Below the pieces are notes generated by a model. It ran no database searches. It saw only the letters and a list, made by a program, of their open reading frames with translations, and was not told the DNA's origin. Both the position numbers and the translations under genes were made by a program. 64,000 nt of DNA from Myxococcota bacterium (GTDB taxonomy: Bacteria; Myxococcota_A; UBA9160; UBA6930), in assembly GCA_965223415.1 (NCBI GenBank), contig OZ245002.1:1568001-1632000 (forward strand). Reading direction: 5' to 3'. Below, piece after piece: positions 9,724 to 20,000 of the stretch (its first letter is position 1; each line of letters starts with the position of its first letter).

Positions 9724-11496
9724 TCAGTGCTGGAGGGTCTCCACGTGGGACTGCAGCGTCTCGGCGGCCACCGCCCGGTCCGCGTAGCGTCGCGCCGCAC
9801 CGAAGCGCGCGGCGTGGAAAAGTGCCCCGGTCAACGCCAGCCCGGCGCCGACCACCGCGAACACGGTCGTGAGTGGAGTCGCGTTGGCGGTGTCGAAGGC
9901 GCTCGCCAGGGCGAGCGCCGAGAAACAGCCGAAGGCCGCGAGAGAGAGCACGATCGAGAGGAGCACCGCTCGGACCAGCCCCTCGCCGCGGCCTCGCAGG
10001 AGGCGGCGCAGCTCACGAGCCGAGAAGTGGTCGAGGAACCAGCCGTCCGCCTCGCTGACCGCCGCCTCGGCCTCGGGCCGCAGATGTGCTCCGGTCAGCG
10101 GATCCTGGGCGGTTCCTCCCGCCGTACGGCTGGCGATGCCGGCCCGGATCAGACCGTGGACCGCTTCGCTGATCGGATACCGCGACAGGATCAGCAGCGC
10201 CGCGACGTAGAAGATCGCCGGGAAGAGCGAGTACATGAAGCGCAGCCAAAAGAGGACGCTCTCGTTCTGGACGGCGCTCGGCACGTAGCCCACACCTGCG
10301 AGGACGGCGAGCGGCACGGTGTAGCTCGGAATCGAGACGAACTTCGGGATCAGCGCCCAGAAGCTCGTGAACTGCGCCTCCCGGCGCTTGCCGGTGCGGA
10401 GCTCGTCGTAGTCGATCACGTCCGCCGCCATCGCGGGGATCAGGAACGCCCCCGCCTGGGAGACCGTGCCGGTGAGGAAGTACACGCAGCCGGCGAAGAC
10501 GAAGTCGCCAGGACCGGCGAACCAGTAGAGCAGACTCGCGGCCACGCCGACGGAGCTGGCCAGGAGGAAGCTCGGCAGCTTCCCGAAGCGCCCGGCGATG
10601 CCCATCCACAGCGGCACGAACAGGAGACCCGAGCCCAGGTAGATCATCAGGTAGAGCCCGGTCATCCCGAGCGGATCCTGGGCGCCGAGGACGTACTGAA
10701 CGAAGTAAGGCATCAACACCGCCGGCGCCGCTCCGGGGATCGAGCTCATGATGCCGGCAAGCAGGAGGATCCGAAAGGGCCGATTGCGCAGGGCGCGGCG
10801 CACGCCGGGAATCAGTGGGTTCGGCGCGCGCTCCGAGAACTCCCGGCGCTCCGGAACCTGCCAGAGCAGGCCCGCGTTGAGGAGGACCAGGAGGACGGCG
10901 TAGCCGACCGCCATCGAGCGGAGGATCGTCCGCTCCCCCTCCAGGCCCAGGCCCGCGAGGATCGTCGGCATGAGCGCGGCGATGATCGCGCCGGCCGCCG
11001 CGAACACCGAGCGCATCCCGAACAGCCGGGAGCGCTCCCGATAGTCGTCGGCCAGCTCGGCACCGAGGGCGCTGTACGGGATCTCGACGATCGTGCTGAA
11101 CAGGAAGAAGAAGCCGAAGCTCGCGCCGAACCAGAAGGCCGCGCTCCCCGGCGAGAGGTGCTCGGGCGGCGCGAAGAGGGCGACGAAGCACAGCGCCGTC
11201 GGGACAATGGCGCCGGCGATGTACGGCTTGCGCCGCCCCCAGCGGCTGCGGGTCCGATCCGAGAGCCAGCCCATCAGGGGATCGGTCAGGGCGTCCAGGG
11301 ATCGCGCGAGCGCCGCGGCCACCGCGATGGCGCCCAGCGGAACGAGCACGACGTCGCTGTAGAAGCGGGGCATCAGCACGCCGATCGGAATCGCGAGGGA
11401 GGCTCCGGCGAAGCCGGGCGCCCCGAAGAAGAGGCGCAGGCGGAGGCTCAGGCTCGCGTGCTGGGGCGGCTCCGCCGCATTCGGACTGGTCTGCAT
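9724..11496 (-). CDS. MFS transporter, GPH (MelB-like) family, with C-terminal extension
   Basis: DALTDPLMGWLSDRTRSRWGRRKPY, PYSALGAEL, MAADVIDYDELRTGKRRE. About 12 TM segments plus 2 extra. Confidence 0.88.
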   Translation of the reverse strand: MQTSPNAAEPPQHASLSLRLRLFFGAPGFAGASLAIPIGVLMPRFYSDVVLVPLGAIAVAAALARSLDALTDPLMGWLSDRTRSRWGRRKPYIAGAIVPTALCFVALFAPPEHLSPGSAAFWFGASFGFFFLFSTIVEIPYSALGAELADDYRERSRLFGMRSVFAAAGAIIAALMPTILAGLGLEGERTILRSMAVGYAVLLVLLNAGLLWQVPERREFSERAPNPLIPGVRRALRNRPFRILLLAGIMSSIPGAAPAVLMPYFVQYVLGAQDPLGMTGLYLMIYLGSGLLFVPLWMGIAGRFGKLPSFLLASSVGVAASLLYWFAGPGDFVFAGCVYFLTGTVSQAGAFLIPAMAADVIDYDELRTGKRREAQFTSFWALIPKFVSIPSYTVPLAVLAGVGYVPSAVQNESVLFWLRFMYSLFPAIFYVAALLILSRYPISEAVHGLIRAGIASRTAGGTAQDPLTGAHLRPEAEAAVSEADGWFLDHFSARELRRLLRGRGEGLVRAVLLSIVLSLAAFGCFSALALASAFDTANATPLTTVFAVVGAGLALTGALFHAARFGAARRYADRAVAAETLQSHVETLQH

Positions 11497-11561
11497 GTCG
11501 TCTCGGAACCCGCCGCGGCCGATACTACTCGAATCCTCGGAATGCTGCTGAGGCCGCCCCG

Positions 11562-12551
11562 TCAGCCGGCCAGCAGCTCGCGGGCGCGGGCGCAGGCGAG
11601 CTCGGTCAGAGCAGGAAGCAGGGCGTACAGCTCGACCTCCGGCCGATCGTTCAGCCATCCGAGGGATGCGAGCATGCGCACGACCACGAACGTCGGCAGA
11701 AGCGCTAGATCCTCGTCTGCGATCGCCCGCTGGGACCGGTAGCCGGCGACGAGGGCGTCGCGGATGCGCTCGTAGTGCTCGCTGGTCGCGTAGTCGAAGA
11801 GCACGACGGCCATGTCGTACTGGTGCCAGCCGAAGCCGGCGTCGTCGAAGTCGATCACGTGGACCCGATCGTCCCGCACCAGCACGTTGGCGGAGCGCAG
11901 GTCGGCGTGGATCAGGCTCCAGGTCCCGCGCTCCTTGCCGTACTCTGACAGGAGGGCACGGATGCGTGCGCGCGCCTCGACGAAGACCTCCCGTTGCTCC
12001 GGGCTCGCGCCGGGGATCTCCCAGAAGCGTCCCCAGAACGGGCTCTCGCCCATGAAGCCCTCCGCGTCGAGGGAGTGACGCCGGAACGGCGGGGGTGGCT
12101 GCCACGTCGAGGCCTGGTCGTGCATGGCGGCCATCAGGCGGCCGAGCCGCTCGAAGTGGACCTCCCGGCCCGCGTCGTCCGCGGCGGCGTCGATGCTCTC
12201 CGAGAGCGGCACGCCCTCGAACCACGGGACGAGGCCCACGTGACGGGTCTCTCCGGTGCCCGCGACCTCGACGACGGCGTAGTGGTCGCCGCTGCGGGTC
12301 CACTCGGCCACGGGAGCGCCGATCCCGGCCTCGTTCAGCGCGGCGGTCCACAGGGGCTCGGATTCCAACTCCTCGAGGGTGTGGTAGCCGGGGCGGTGGA
12401 CGCGGAGCGCGAACGTTCGCCCGTCCCCCGCGTCGACCCGGAAGACCACGTTCTCGCTCCGGGAGACCTGCTCCATTCGCGCGCCGCCGAGGCCCCACTC
12501 CGGGAGCGCGTGCTCGGCCACCTCACGGATCACCTCGTCCGGATGCTCCAT
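11562..12551 (-). CDS. APH/homoserine kinase type II-like phosphotransferase
   Basis: SENVVFRV, ALRVHRPGYH, LIHADL...N, VIDFDDAGFGW. Confidence 0.88.
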   Translation of the reverse strand: MEHPDEVIREVAEHALPEWGLGGARMEQVSRSENVVFRVDAGDGRTFALRVHRPGYHTLEELESEPLWTAALNEAGIGAPVAEWTRSGDHYAVVEVAGTGETRHVGLVPWFEGVPLSESIDAAADDAGREVHFERLGRLMAAMHDQASTWQPPPPFRRHSLDAEGFMGESPFWGRFWEIPGASPEQREVFVEARARIRALLSEYGKERGTWSLIHADLRSANVLVRDDRVHVIDFDDAGFGWHQYDMAVVLFDYATSEHYERIRDALVAGYRSQRAIADEDLALLPTFVVVRMLASLGWLNDRPEVELYALLPALTELACARARELLAG

Positions 12552-12554
12552 GGC

Positions 12555-13829
12555 CTAGTAGAGCTCCCGCACGGTCTCCCGAAACGCCGCGACGAAGAGA
12601 TCGGCGTGCTCGCGCTCGAAGACCAGGGGCGGGCGCAGCTTCACAACGTTGAAGTGAGCCCCGGCGTTGCTCGTCAGGAAGCCCTTCTCCTTCAGCCGGT
12701 TCACCACGCGGATGGCGCCTTTCGGATCCGGTGTGCGAGCCTCGCGATCGCTCACCCAGTCGAGCCCGATGAACAGGCCGTGGCCTCGCGCGTCGCCCAT
12801 CGCCTCGCACTCGATCTCCCGAAGCCGATCCAGCAGGTAGCCGCCCACCTCCCCCACCCGCTCGTCGAGCTTCTCGGCCTCGACGACGTCGAGCACCGCG
12901 GCGCCGGCTGCGGCCTGGAGCGGACTGGCGGCGAAGGTGTTGAAGTAGCCGGAGCCCTTACGGAACGCATCGACCAGCGCGCCCCGCGCGACGACGCCTG
13001 CCAGGGGGAGCCCGTTGCCCATGGGCTTGCCGAGGGTCGCGATGTCGGGCACGAAGCCGCTCTTCTCGTAGCCCCACCAACGGCCGCTCCGACAGAACCC
13101 GGCCTGCACCTCGTCAGCGATGAACAGGCCCCCGGCCTCGCGAACCCTGCGTGCGGCCCGGGCCATGTAGCCTCCGGGGATCTCCGGCAGGCCCTCGTTG
13201 GCGAAAAGCGAGCAGACGAGCATGCCCGCCAGCCGAACGCCCTCGGCCTCGAAGCTCCGGATGGCGGCGTCCACGTCCTGCAGGTAGCGATCGGCCAGCT
13301 CGGCTTCCGACAGGCCTTCCTCGAGGGGCCGATAGGTCTGGGGGAAGCGAACCGCGCGGATCTCCGGATCGCTCCGCCCTCCCGCCCAGGTGAGCTTGCT
13401 GACGAGCGCCGAGTTGCCGTGATAGGCCCGGTCCGTGCAGATGATCCCCCGGCCCTTCGTGGCCAGCCGCGCCATGGCGATCGCCACCTCGTTCGCCTCG
13501 GTGCCGGTGCAGGTGAAGACGAGGCGCTCGAGGGAGGCGTCGTGCTTCGCCACCAGGCGCTCGGCGTAGTCCAGGACGCCCTCGTGCAGGTAGCGGCTGT
13601 GGACGTTGAGGGTCCCGGCCTGCTGCCGCATCGCCTCGACCACGTGGGGATTGGCGTGCCCCACGCAGGGGACGTTGTTGTACATGTCCACGTAGCGCCG
13701 GCCGTCCGCGTCGAACAAGTGGACACCCTCACCGCGGACGATGTGCAGGGGCTCCTCGTAGAAGAGCGGCGCGCCGACCCCGAGGACCCGCTCGCGACGA
13801 TCGATCAGCTCCCGGGTCGCGTCCTTCAT
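12555..13829 (-). CDS. Class III PLP enzyme (aminotransferase/phospho-lyase, AGXT2L-like)
   Basis: DMYNNVPCVGH, NVHSRYLH, TGTEANE, FIADEVQAGF, TLGKPMGNG, YFNTF, KLRPPL. Confidence 0.9.
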   Translation of the reverse strand: MKDATRELIDRRERVLGVGAPLFYEEPLHIVRGEGVHLFDADGRRYVDMYNNVPCVGHANPHVVEAMRQQAGTLNVHSRYLHEGVLDYAERLVAKHDASLERLVFTCTGTEANEVAIAMARLATKGRGIICTDRAYHGNSALVSKLTWAGGRSDPEIRAVRFPQTYRPLEEGLSEAELADRYLQDVDAAIRSFEAEGVRLAGMLVCSLFANEGLPEIPGGYMARAARRVREAGGLFIADEVQAGFCRSGRWWGYEKSGFVPDIATLGKPMGNGLPLAGVVARGALVDAFRKGSGYFNTFAASPLQAAAGAAVLDVVEAEKLDERVGEVGGYLLDRLREIECEAMGDARGHGLFIGLDWVSDREARTPDPKGAIRVVNRLKEKGFLTSNAGAHFNVVKLRPPLVFEREHADLFVAAFRETVRELY

Positions 13830-13854
13830 GCGCCTCCTCCGGCGAAGCCGCGCC

Positions 13855-15513
13855 TCAGGCCCGGTGCCGCAGCACCTTCCCAGCCCGCTCGCCCGTGTGC
13901 TCCCCGTCGCGAACGTTGACCCGGCCGTTGACCAGGGTCGCGCGGTAGCCCTTGGAGCGCTGGATGAACCGCGGCGCACCGCCGGGGAAATCGTGGACGA
14001 TCTCCGGCTGGCGCTCCGCCACCTGTTCCGGGTCGAGGACGTTCACGTCGGCCCGCATGCCGGGGGCGAGGGTGCCGCGATCGACGAGGCCGATGATCCG
14101 GGCCGGGCCCGAGGTCATGCGACGGATCGCGTCGCCGATCGTGAAGAGCCCCTCCTCACGCACCCAGTGGGAGAGCACGAAGCTCGACCAGCCCGCGTCC
14201 ATGATCTGCGAGACGTGGGCGCCTGCGTCGCCGAGGATCGGGAACATGCGTTCGCTCGCGAGGAGCTCCCGCAGCGCACGGATGTTTTGGTTGAACATCC
14301 GAAAGGTGAAGAGCGCCCTGCCCCGGCTCTCCAGCGAGAGCCGCAGGAAGGTCTCGCTCCAATGCTCACCCGCGGCATCGGCCATGGCGGCGAGGCTCTC
14401 CTCGGGAGTCCCGGTGTAGTTCGGCGTGTCGCCGTCGCCCATCCAGAAGACCTGCTCCGGAGGAGCGGAGCGCCGCGAGGTCTTGGCGTCCTCGACGAGC
14501 CGGTGACGGAAGTCCGCGTCCTCGACAGCTGCCAGCCGGCCCGCGAGGTCCTTCTCACGCAGCTCGCGCCAGCTGCGCCCGCCCACCGGGAGCATCCCCT
14601 GCAGCCCGAAAACGAAGCCCGAGCCCCGGGGCTGGGTGACCGCGCTGACGTCGAGACCTCCCTCACAGAGCGAGTCGAGGTAGGCGGCCTGGGGCGCGCC
14701 CGAGTCCGAGTTGCCGACGCCGAAGCTGAACAGTACGCGGCTGCCGGAGGTCTTGGCGATGTTGCGAATGAGCTGGGTCGTGAACTCGAACTGCTGGAAG
14801 TCGAGCACGTTCTGCATCAGGGCGCCCCGCTGGCCCACCTCCTTCGCGATCTCCAGCAGCTCCGCGGGATCGGCAAAGGTGCCGGGGACCGATCGGCCGT
14901 CGGGCAGGACGTGCGGCGGGAAGCGGTTCGTCGAGAAGCCCACCGCGCCGTCGTCCACGGCCTTGCCGACGATCTCCGCCATCTGCTGACGCTCCTCCGG
15001 CGTCGCCTGCTCCTCGACGGCGCGCTCGCCCATCACGTAGAACCGGACGGCACAGTGCCCGATGAGCCCGGCGACGTTGAGCCCGGGCCGCAGCCCCTCG
15101 ACGGCGTCGAGGTAGCCGCCGTAGTCCTCCCAGCTCCAGGGCAGGCCGCTCAGGATCGCATCCTTCGGGATGTCTTCCACCGTCTCCATCATCCCGGCCA
15201 GCAGCTCGCGATCGCTGGGCTTGCGGGGGGCGAAGGTGACGCCGCAGTTGCCGAGCATCACCGTGGTGACGCCGTGCCAGCTCACCGGAGTGCAATCCGG
15301 ATCCCAGCCGATCTGCGCGTCGAGATGGGTGTGGATGTCGACGAAGCCAGGGGTAACGAGGTGGCCCGCCGCGTCGATCTCCTCGCGGCCGGCGTCGGGG
15401 ACGCTGCCGAGGGCGGTGATCACCCCCCCGTCGATGGCCAGGTCTCCGCGCTCCGGCTCGGCGCCGGTGCCGTCGACGATCTCTCCGCCTCGAATCACGA
15501 TGTCGTGTGCCAT
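13855..15513 (-). CDS. N-acyl-D-amino acid deacylase family amidohydrolase
   Basis: IVIRGGEIVDGTG, PGFVDIHTH, HGVTTVMLGNCG, DAGAHV, DRGTLAPGMRAD. Confidence 0.9.
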   Translation of the reverse strand: MAHDIVIRGGEIVDGTGAEPERGDLAIDGGVITALGSVPDAGREEIDAAGHLVTPGFVDIHTHLDAQIGWDPDCTPVSWHGVTTVMLGNCGVTFAPRKPSDRELLAGMMETVEDIPKDAILSGLPWSWEDYGGYLDAVEGLRPGLNVAGLIGHCAVRFYVMGERAVEEQATPEERQQMAEIVGKAVDDGAVGFSTNRFPPHVLPDGRSVPGTFADPAELLEIAKEVGQRGALMQNVLDFQQFEFTTQLIRNIAKTSGSRVLFSFGVGNSDSGAPQAAYLDSLCEGGLDVSAVTQPRGSGFVFGLQGMLPVGGRSWRELREKDLAGRLAAVEDADFRHRLVEDAKTSRRSAPPEQVFWMGDGDTPNYTGTPEESLAAMADAAGEHWSETFLRLSLESRGRALFTFRMFNQNIRALRELLASERMFPILGDAGAHVSQIMDAGWSSFVLSHWVREEGLFTIGDAIRRMTSGPARIIGLVDRGTLAPGMRADVNVLDPEQVAERQPEIVHDFPGGAPRFIQRSKGYRATLVNGRVNVRDGEHTGERAGKVLRHRA

Positions 15514-15666
15514 GGTGAGCCCCCTGTCCCGCCGGGTTCGTGGGATGCGACGCGCCGCGCGCATCGGCGATCCTAGCCCGGCTTCGAGGGGCACGTGCAA
15601 GGCCGCCCGCCGACGGCTCCGCGCGCGGCTACCATCGGAGCCCATCCACCCGGAGGAACGCTCCCC

Positions 15667-16314
15667 TTGCCCTTCGACCTCGATCAGACCGACAAGCTCC
15701 TGACGACGACCCGTGCCGTTCGCAAGCGCCTCGACCTCACGCGGGACGTCCCCCGCGACGTCCTCCTCGACTGCATCCGCATCTCCCAGCAGGCCCCGAC
15801 CGGGTCGAACATGCAGGGCTGGCGTTGGCTTGTGGTGACGGACCCGGACAAGAAGAAGGGCCTGGCGGAGCTCTACGGGCGGGCCGGCCGGGACTATCTC
15901 CTCCAGGGCAAGCAGCAGGCGGAAGCCTCCGGGCACGCCCAGACGGGCCGGGTTCTCGACTCCGCCTACTACCTGGTCGAGCGCCTGCACGAGGTTCCGG
16001 TGCACGTCATCCCGTGCCTCAAGGGCTCGCTGCCGGCCGGCACACCGCCGGCGATGGCCGCGGGCTTCTTCGGCTCCATCTATCCCGCCGTCTGGAGCTT
16101 CCAGCTCGCACTGCGCTCGCGCGGCCTGGGGACGGTGCTCACGACCCTCCACTTGGCCTTCGCCGACGAAGCCGCCGAGCTGCTCGGCATTCCGGAGGGC
16201 GTCACCCAGTGCGGACTCCTGCCCGTCGCCTACACCGTCGGCGACGATTTCAAGCCCGCCGATCGCCGACCGCCCGAGCACATCACGTACTGGGATTCGT
16301 GGAAGGAGTCCTGA
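15667..16314 (+). CDS. Nitroreductase family protein
   Basis: TTTRAVRKRLD, QAPTGSNMQGW, SIYPAVWSFQLALRSRGLG. TTG start after GGAGGA. Confidence 0.88.
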   Translation: MPFDLDQTDKLLTTTRAVRKRLDLTRDVPRDVLLDCIRISQQAPTGSNMQGWRWLVVTDPDKKKGLAELYGRAGRDYLLQGKQQAEASGHAQTGRVLDSAYYLVERLHEVPVHVIPCLKGSLPAGTPPAMAAGFFGSIYPAVWSFQLALRSRGLGTVLTTLHLAFADEAAELLGIPEGVTQCGLLPVAYTVGDDFKPADRRPPEHITYWDSWKES

Positions 16315-16336
16315 GGGCGGCGGTCCGAGGGCGGCC

Positions 16337-17638
16337 GTGACCGGATCCCCGCCCCCGCTCGCCCGATTCCGCGCGGCCTATTGGTTCGGGGGGTTCAACG
16401 GGCTGACGTGGATGATCGGCCTCGGCACGCCGATGGTGCTCCTGCTGGAGCGGCTCGGCGCGTCCGCATTCCAGGTGGGGCTGGCCGGGTCCTTCGTCCT
16501 GCTCCTCTATCCGATCCAGGTGGTCGCCACCGCCCTGCTGCCCAGGTTCGGCTTCCGCCGGCAGATGGTGCTGGCATGGACGAGCCGTGCGCTCTTCCTG
16601 CTGGTACCGCTGGGCTTCGCGTGGGCCGCTCCCGCGTCGCCCGCGCCTTGGATGGCGAACGCGGTCGTCATCAGCGTCTTCGCGTTCTGCTTCTGCCGGG
16701 CCTTCGGCGTGGCGGCCCACATCCCCTGGATGGCCGCGATCCTGCCCGGGGCGCTCCGCGGGCGCTTCTTCGCGACGGACAACGCGATCACGAGCGTGGT
16801 CGGCGTGGTGACCCTGCTCTTCTGCGCGCTGCTGTTCGCGGAGCTCCCGGGCTACCAGGCGTTCGCCGCCGTCTACTGCCTCGCGGTCGTCGGCTCGACG
16901 ATGGCGGTGGTCAATCTCCTGCGGCTTCCCGCCGGGCCCGTGCCTCCCGCGTCCCCGATACGCCACATGCTGCGCGACACGGCCACGTTGACCTTGCGGC
17001 CGGGACTGTTTCGCCGCTACCTGGTCGTGGGTCTGCTCTGGCTGGTCGTCAGCCTGCCGATCCCCGTCTTCGCGGCCTACTACCTCAAGACCGAGACCGA
17101 CGTCGGCTCCAGCGAGATCCTCGCCTTCGAGGCGACGCGGTTCATCGGCCAGATCGCGAGCGCCTGGGGGATCCGCCACCGCCTGGATCGCATCTCGATC
17201 CGCCGATTCTTCCAGCTCGCGAGCCTGCTGGCGATCGTCGTGTGCGGGATCTGGCTCGTGGCGATCACGAGGGCATCGCCGCCGGTGTGGCTCTTCTGGC
17301 TCGCCTATCTCCTGTTCGGCGTGGCGATCGGCTCGTCCCAGGCCGCCCATTTCACCTACTTGCCGGAGCTCGCGCCGCCGGAACGCCAGCCGGTCACGAT
17401 CGCCATCTACGGCGCCGTGACCGGGATCCTTGGCGGCCTGTCGCCGATCGTCTGGGGTCGGGTCCTTCGCACCGGCGGCGCCACACCGGGGTTGGACCTC
17501 GAGCGCTTCGCCGGGTTCTTCCTGGTCGGGATCGGGCTGAGCCTGCTGGCGATCGTCTGGCTGCAGACCCTCCCGGACGGGCGGTCGGGTGTCAGCAGGC
17601 CGGCTCCGCGCGTTGGCAACGCCGGAGCCGCTTCCTAG
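16337..17638 (+). CDS. MFS transporter
   Basis: 433 aa, about 12 hydrophobic segments, PWMAAILPGALRGRFF. Confidence 0.8.
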   Translation: MTGSPPPLARFRAAYWFGGFNGLTWMIGLGTPMVLLLERLGASAFQVGLAGSFVLLLYPIQVVATALLPRFGFRRQMVLAWTSRALFLLVPLGFAWAAPASPAPWMANAVVISVFAFCFCRAFGVAAHIPWMAAILPGALRGRFFATDNAITSVVGVVTLLFCALLFAELPGYQAFAAVYCLAVVGSTMAVVNLLRLPAGPVPPASPIRHMLRDTATLTLRPGLFRRYLVVGLLWLVVSLPIPVFAAYYLKTETDVGSSEILAFEATRFIGQIASAWGIRHRLDRISIRRFFQLASLLAIVVCGIWLVAITRASPPVWLFWLAYLLFGVAIGSSQAAHFTYLPELAPPERQPVTIAIYGAVTGILGGLSPIVWGRVLRTGGATPGLDLERFAGFFLVGIGLSLLAIVWLQTLPDGRSGVSRPAPRVGNAGAAS

Positions 17639-17650
17639 CCTCGACCGCTC

Positions 17651-18547
17651 ATGCTGGCTCCCCCCGCCGTCGAGACCGCGATCCGCATCGAGGGACTGGT
17701 CTACGTCTACCCCGACGGCACGCGCGCCAACGAGGGGGTCGATCTCTCGCTTCGACGGGGTGAGCTCTTCTGCCTGCTCGGGCCCAACGGAGCGGGCAAG
17801 ACCACGCTGATTCGCCAGGTGACGACCGAGCTGACGCCGAGCGCGGGACGCATCGAGATCCTGGGGAGCGACGCCCACGAGAACCCGTCGGCGACCCGCC
17901 GCCGCCTCGGCGTCATTCCCCAGAACCCGGGCCTCTACGAGGCCCTCACCGTGCGCGAGCACGTCGAGCTCTTCGGCCCGCTCAAGCACCTGAGCCGGCG
18001 CGAGAGCCGCCACCAGGCCGCAGCGCTGGTCGAGGAGCTGGGCATCGCCGAGCTCGCGCGAAAGCGGGTCCGCGAGCTCTCGGGAGGCCAGCAGCGGAGG
18101 CTCCTGGTCGCGCTGGCACTGCTCGGCGATCCGGAGATCCTCATCCTGGACGAGCCGACCGTCGGGCTCGACCCGGTCGCCCGGCGACACCTGTGGGATC
18201 TGGTCCAGCGCCAACGCGAGGCGGGCAAGACCATCCTGCTCACGACCCACTACATGGACGAGGCCGAGCAGCTCGCCGATCGCATCGGCTTCATCGACGA
18301 GGGAAGGCTCGGACGTGTGGGCTCGTTGCGGGATCTCTACCAACAGCTCGGCAAGAGCGTCCGGGTCACCGAGGTCGACGAAGCGAGCGGGGAAGAGCTC
18401 GCCCCGAGCTACTTCGACACCCTGGAGCAGGCCCAGGCCTTCGTTCGCGAGCGCGGCCTCACCACCTACAACGTCGGCCGCGTCTCACTCGAGGACATCT
18501 ACCTGCGCGTCATGGGCAAGGCCCTGGCAGACGAAGAAGACGAATGA
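17651..18547 (+). CDS. ABC-2 type exporter ATP-binding protein
   Basis: GPNGAGKTT, LSGGQ, ILDEPTVGLDP, TTHY. Confidence 0.95.
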   Translation: MLAPPAVETAIRIEGLVYVYPDGTRANEGVDLSLRRGELFCLLGPNGAGKTTLIRQVTTELTPSAGRIEILGSDAHENPSATRRRLGVIPQNPGLYEALTVREHVELFGPLKHLSRRESRHQAAALVEELGIAELARKRVRELSGGQQRRLLVALALLGDPEILILDEPTVGLDPVARRHLWDLVQRQREAGKTILLTTHYMDEAEQLADRIGFIDEGRLGRVGSLRDLYQQLGKSVRVTEVDEASGEELAPSYFDTLEQAQAFVRERGLTTYNVGRVSLEDIYLRVMGKALADEEDE

Positions 18548-19278
18548 ATGCGCTCCGCCAGACGATCGCGGTGGCGCGACTGATCCTGAGCCACGAGCGC
18601 GGCAACTTCCAGTTCCAGCTCTTCAACGCGTTCGTGTACCCCGCGACGATCGCCTACATGGGGTGGATGATGGTGGGCGAGAGCCCGGAGCTGCTTCGGA
18701 CCTGGATGGCGGGCTCGGTCTGCATGGGGCTCGGGATGAGCGGCTTCGCCCAGGCCGGGTTCGGCGTCGTGACCGACCGCTTCACCGGACGCATGGGCCT
18801 GCTGCGCTGCATGCCGATCTCCCGCGGCGCCTACCTGGCGGCCCAGGTCGGCGCGGTCGTGGCCGTCTCGCTGGCGTTGGTCTGCTCGGCGCTGCTGCTC
18901 TTCGCGGCCCTGGGCGTGGCCAAGCTGAGCGCCGCCTCCTTCACGGGCGGCGTGTTGGGAGCCGTCGGCGCCGGGGCGTCGGTCGGCGCCCTGGGCGCGC
19001 TGCTGGGCTTCTGGGCGCGCGACTTCGACTCGGGCAACACGACCGTGGCGATGGCCGCCCTCGGCATGGCGCTCGTCAGCCCGGTCTTCTACGACGTCGG
19101 GGAGCTCCCGCTCCTGCTCCAACCCGTCGCCTGGCTCTCGCCCTTCACCGGCATCGCCGCCGTGCTGCGCAGTGCGGTCGACGGCAGCGCCCTTCCCCTC
19201 GGCGCGCTGGCCTGGACGCTCGCCTCCGCCTTCCTGTGGGCCGGGCTCAGCTACCGGCGGATCGAGTGGCCCTCGTGA
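18544..19278 (+). CDS. ABC-2 type exporter permease
   Basis: About 6 TM segments, SPVFY...LP..LQPVAWLSP. ATGA overlap with the ATPase gene. Confidence 0.85.
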   Translation: MNALRQTIAVARLILSHERGNFQFQLFNAFVYPATIAYMGWMMVGESPELLRTWMAGSVCMGLGMSGFAQAGFGVVTDRFTGRMGLLRCMPISRGAYLAAQVGAVVAVSLALVCSALLLFAALGVAKLSAASFTGGVLGAVGAGASVGALGALLGFWARDFDSGNTTVAMAALGMALVSPVFYDVGELPLLLQPVAWLSPFTGIAAVLRSAVDGSALPLGALAWTLASAFLWAGLSYRRIEWPS

Positions 19279-20000
19279 GCCGGGGCTCCCTGCGACCGAC
19301 CCTCGGGCTCGTGGCCGTCAACATGCGGCTCAACCGGCGCTTCTGGATCATGAACCTGTTCAACGGTGTGCTCCTGCCCGCCATCGTCCTGCTGGCGTTC
19401 GGGGGCTACATGGAGCCCGCCGAGCGCACCCGCCTGCTCATCGGCAACGTGCTGCTGGGCGTCCTCCTGCTGACGATGCGCAAGACGACCCTGAACCTCA
19501 CCTTCGACCGCGTGTTCGGCACGCGCCGGCTGCTGGCGGTAACGGGCGTGACGCGTGGCAGCTACATCGCCGCCAACGCGATCGACGCCCTTTCGATGAC
19601 CCTTGTGCCGCTGGTCGTCGTGGCCATCGCCGTGCAGTGGGCCGACGTCCCGCCCCCCGCGAGTTGGCTCTGGCTCGTGCCCTACCTCGCCGGAAGCGTG
19701 GCCTTCCTGACCCTCGCGGGCTGGCTGGCCGCCGGCGAGGGCGGCATGCCGTCCATGGCGCTCCAGGTGAACCTGGTGGTGATGTTCGCGATCTCCTTCT
19801 GTCCGCTCCTCTATCCGAGCGAGCGGGTGCCCGCGCTGATCGCACCGGTCGTTCGTTGGCTTCCGCCGAGCCTGGCCGCCGAGGGCATGGCCGCCGGCTG
19901 GGGCGGCGGGCTCGAGGTAGGCGGCCTCTTCGGTTTGGCGGTGTGGGCGGTGCTGCTGGGCGCGCTCGCCCAGCGGCGGTTCCGGTGGGAGATGGTCTAG
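19275..20000 (+). CDS. ABC-2 type exporter permease (second)
   Basis: About 6 TM segments, CPLLYPSERVP, RRFRWE C-terminus. GTGA overlap. Confidence 0.83.
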   Translation: MSRGSLRPTLGLVAVNMRLNRRFWIMNLFNGVLLPAIVLLAFGGYMEPAERTRLLIGNVLLGVLLLTMRKTTLNLTFDRVFGTRRLLAVTGVTRGSYIAANAIDALSMTLVPLVVVAIAVQWADVPPPASWLWLVPYLAGSVAFLTLAGWLAAGEGGMPSMALQVNLVVMFAISFCPLLYPSERVPALIAPVVRWLPPSLAAEGMAAGWGGGLEVGGLFGLAVWAVLLGALAQRRFRWEMV

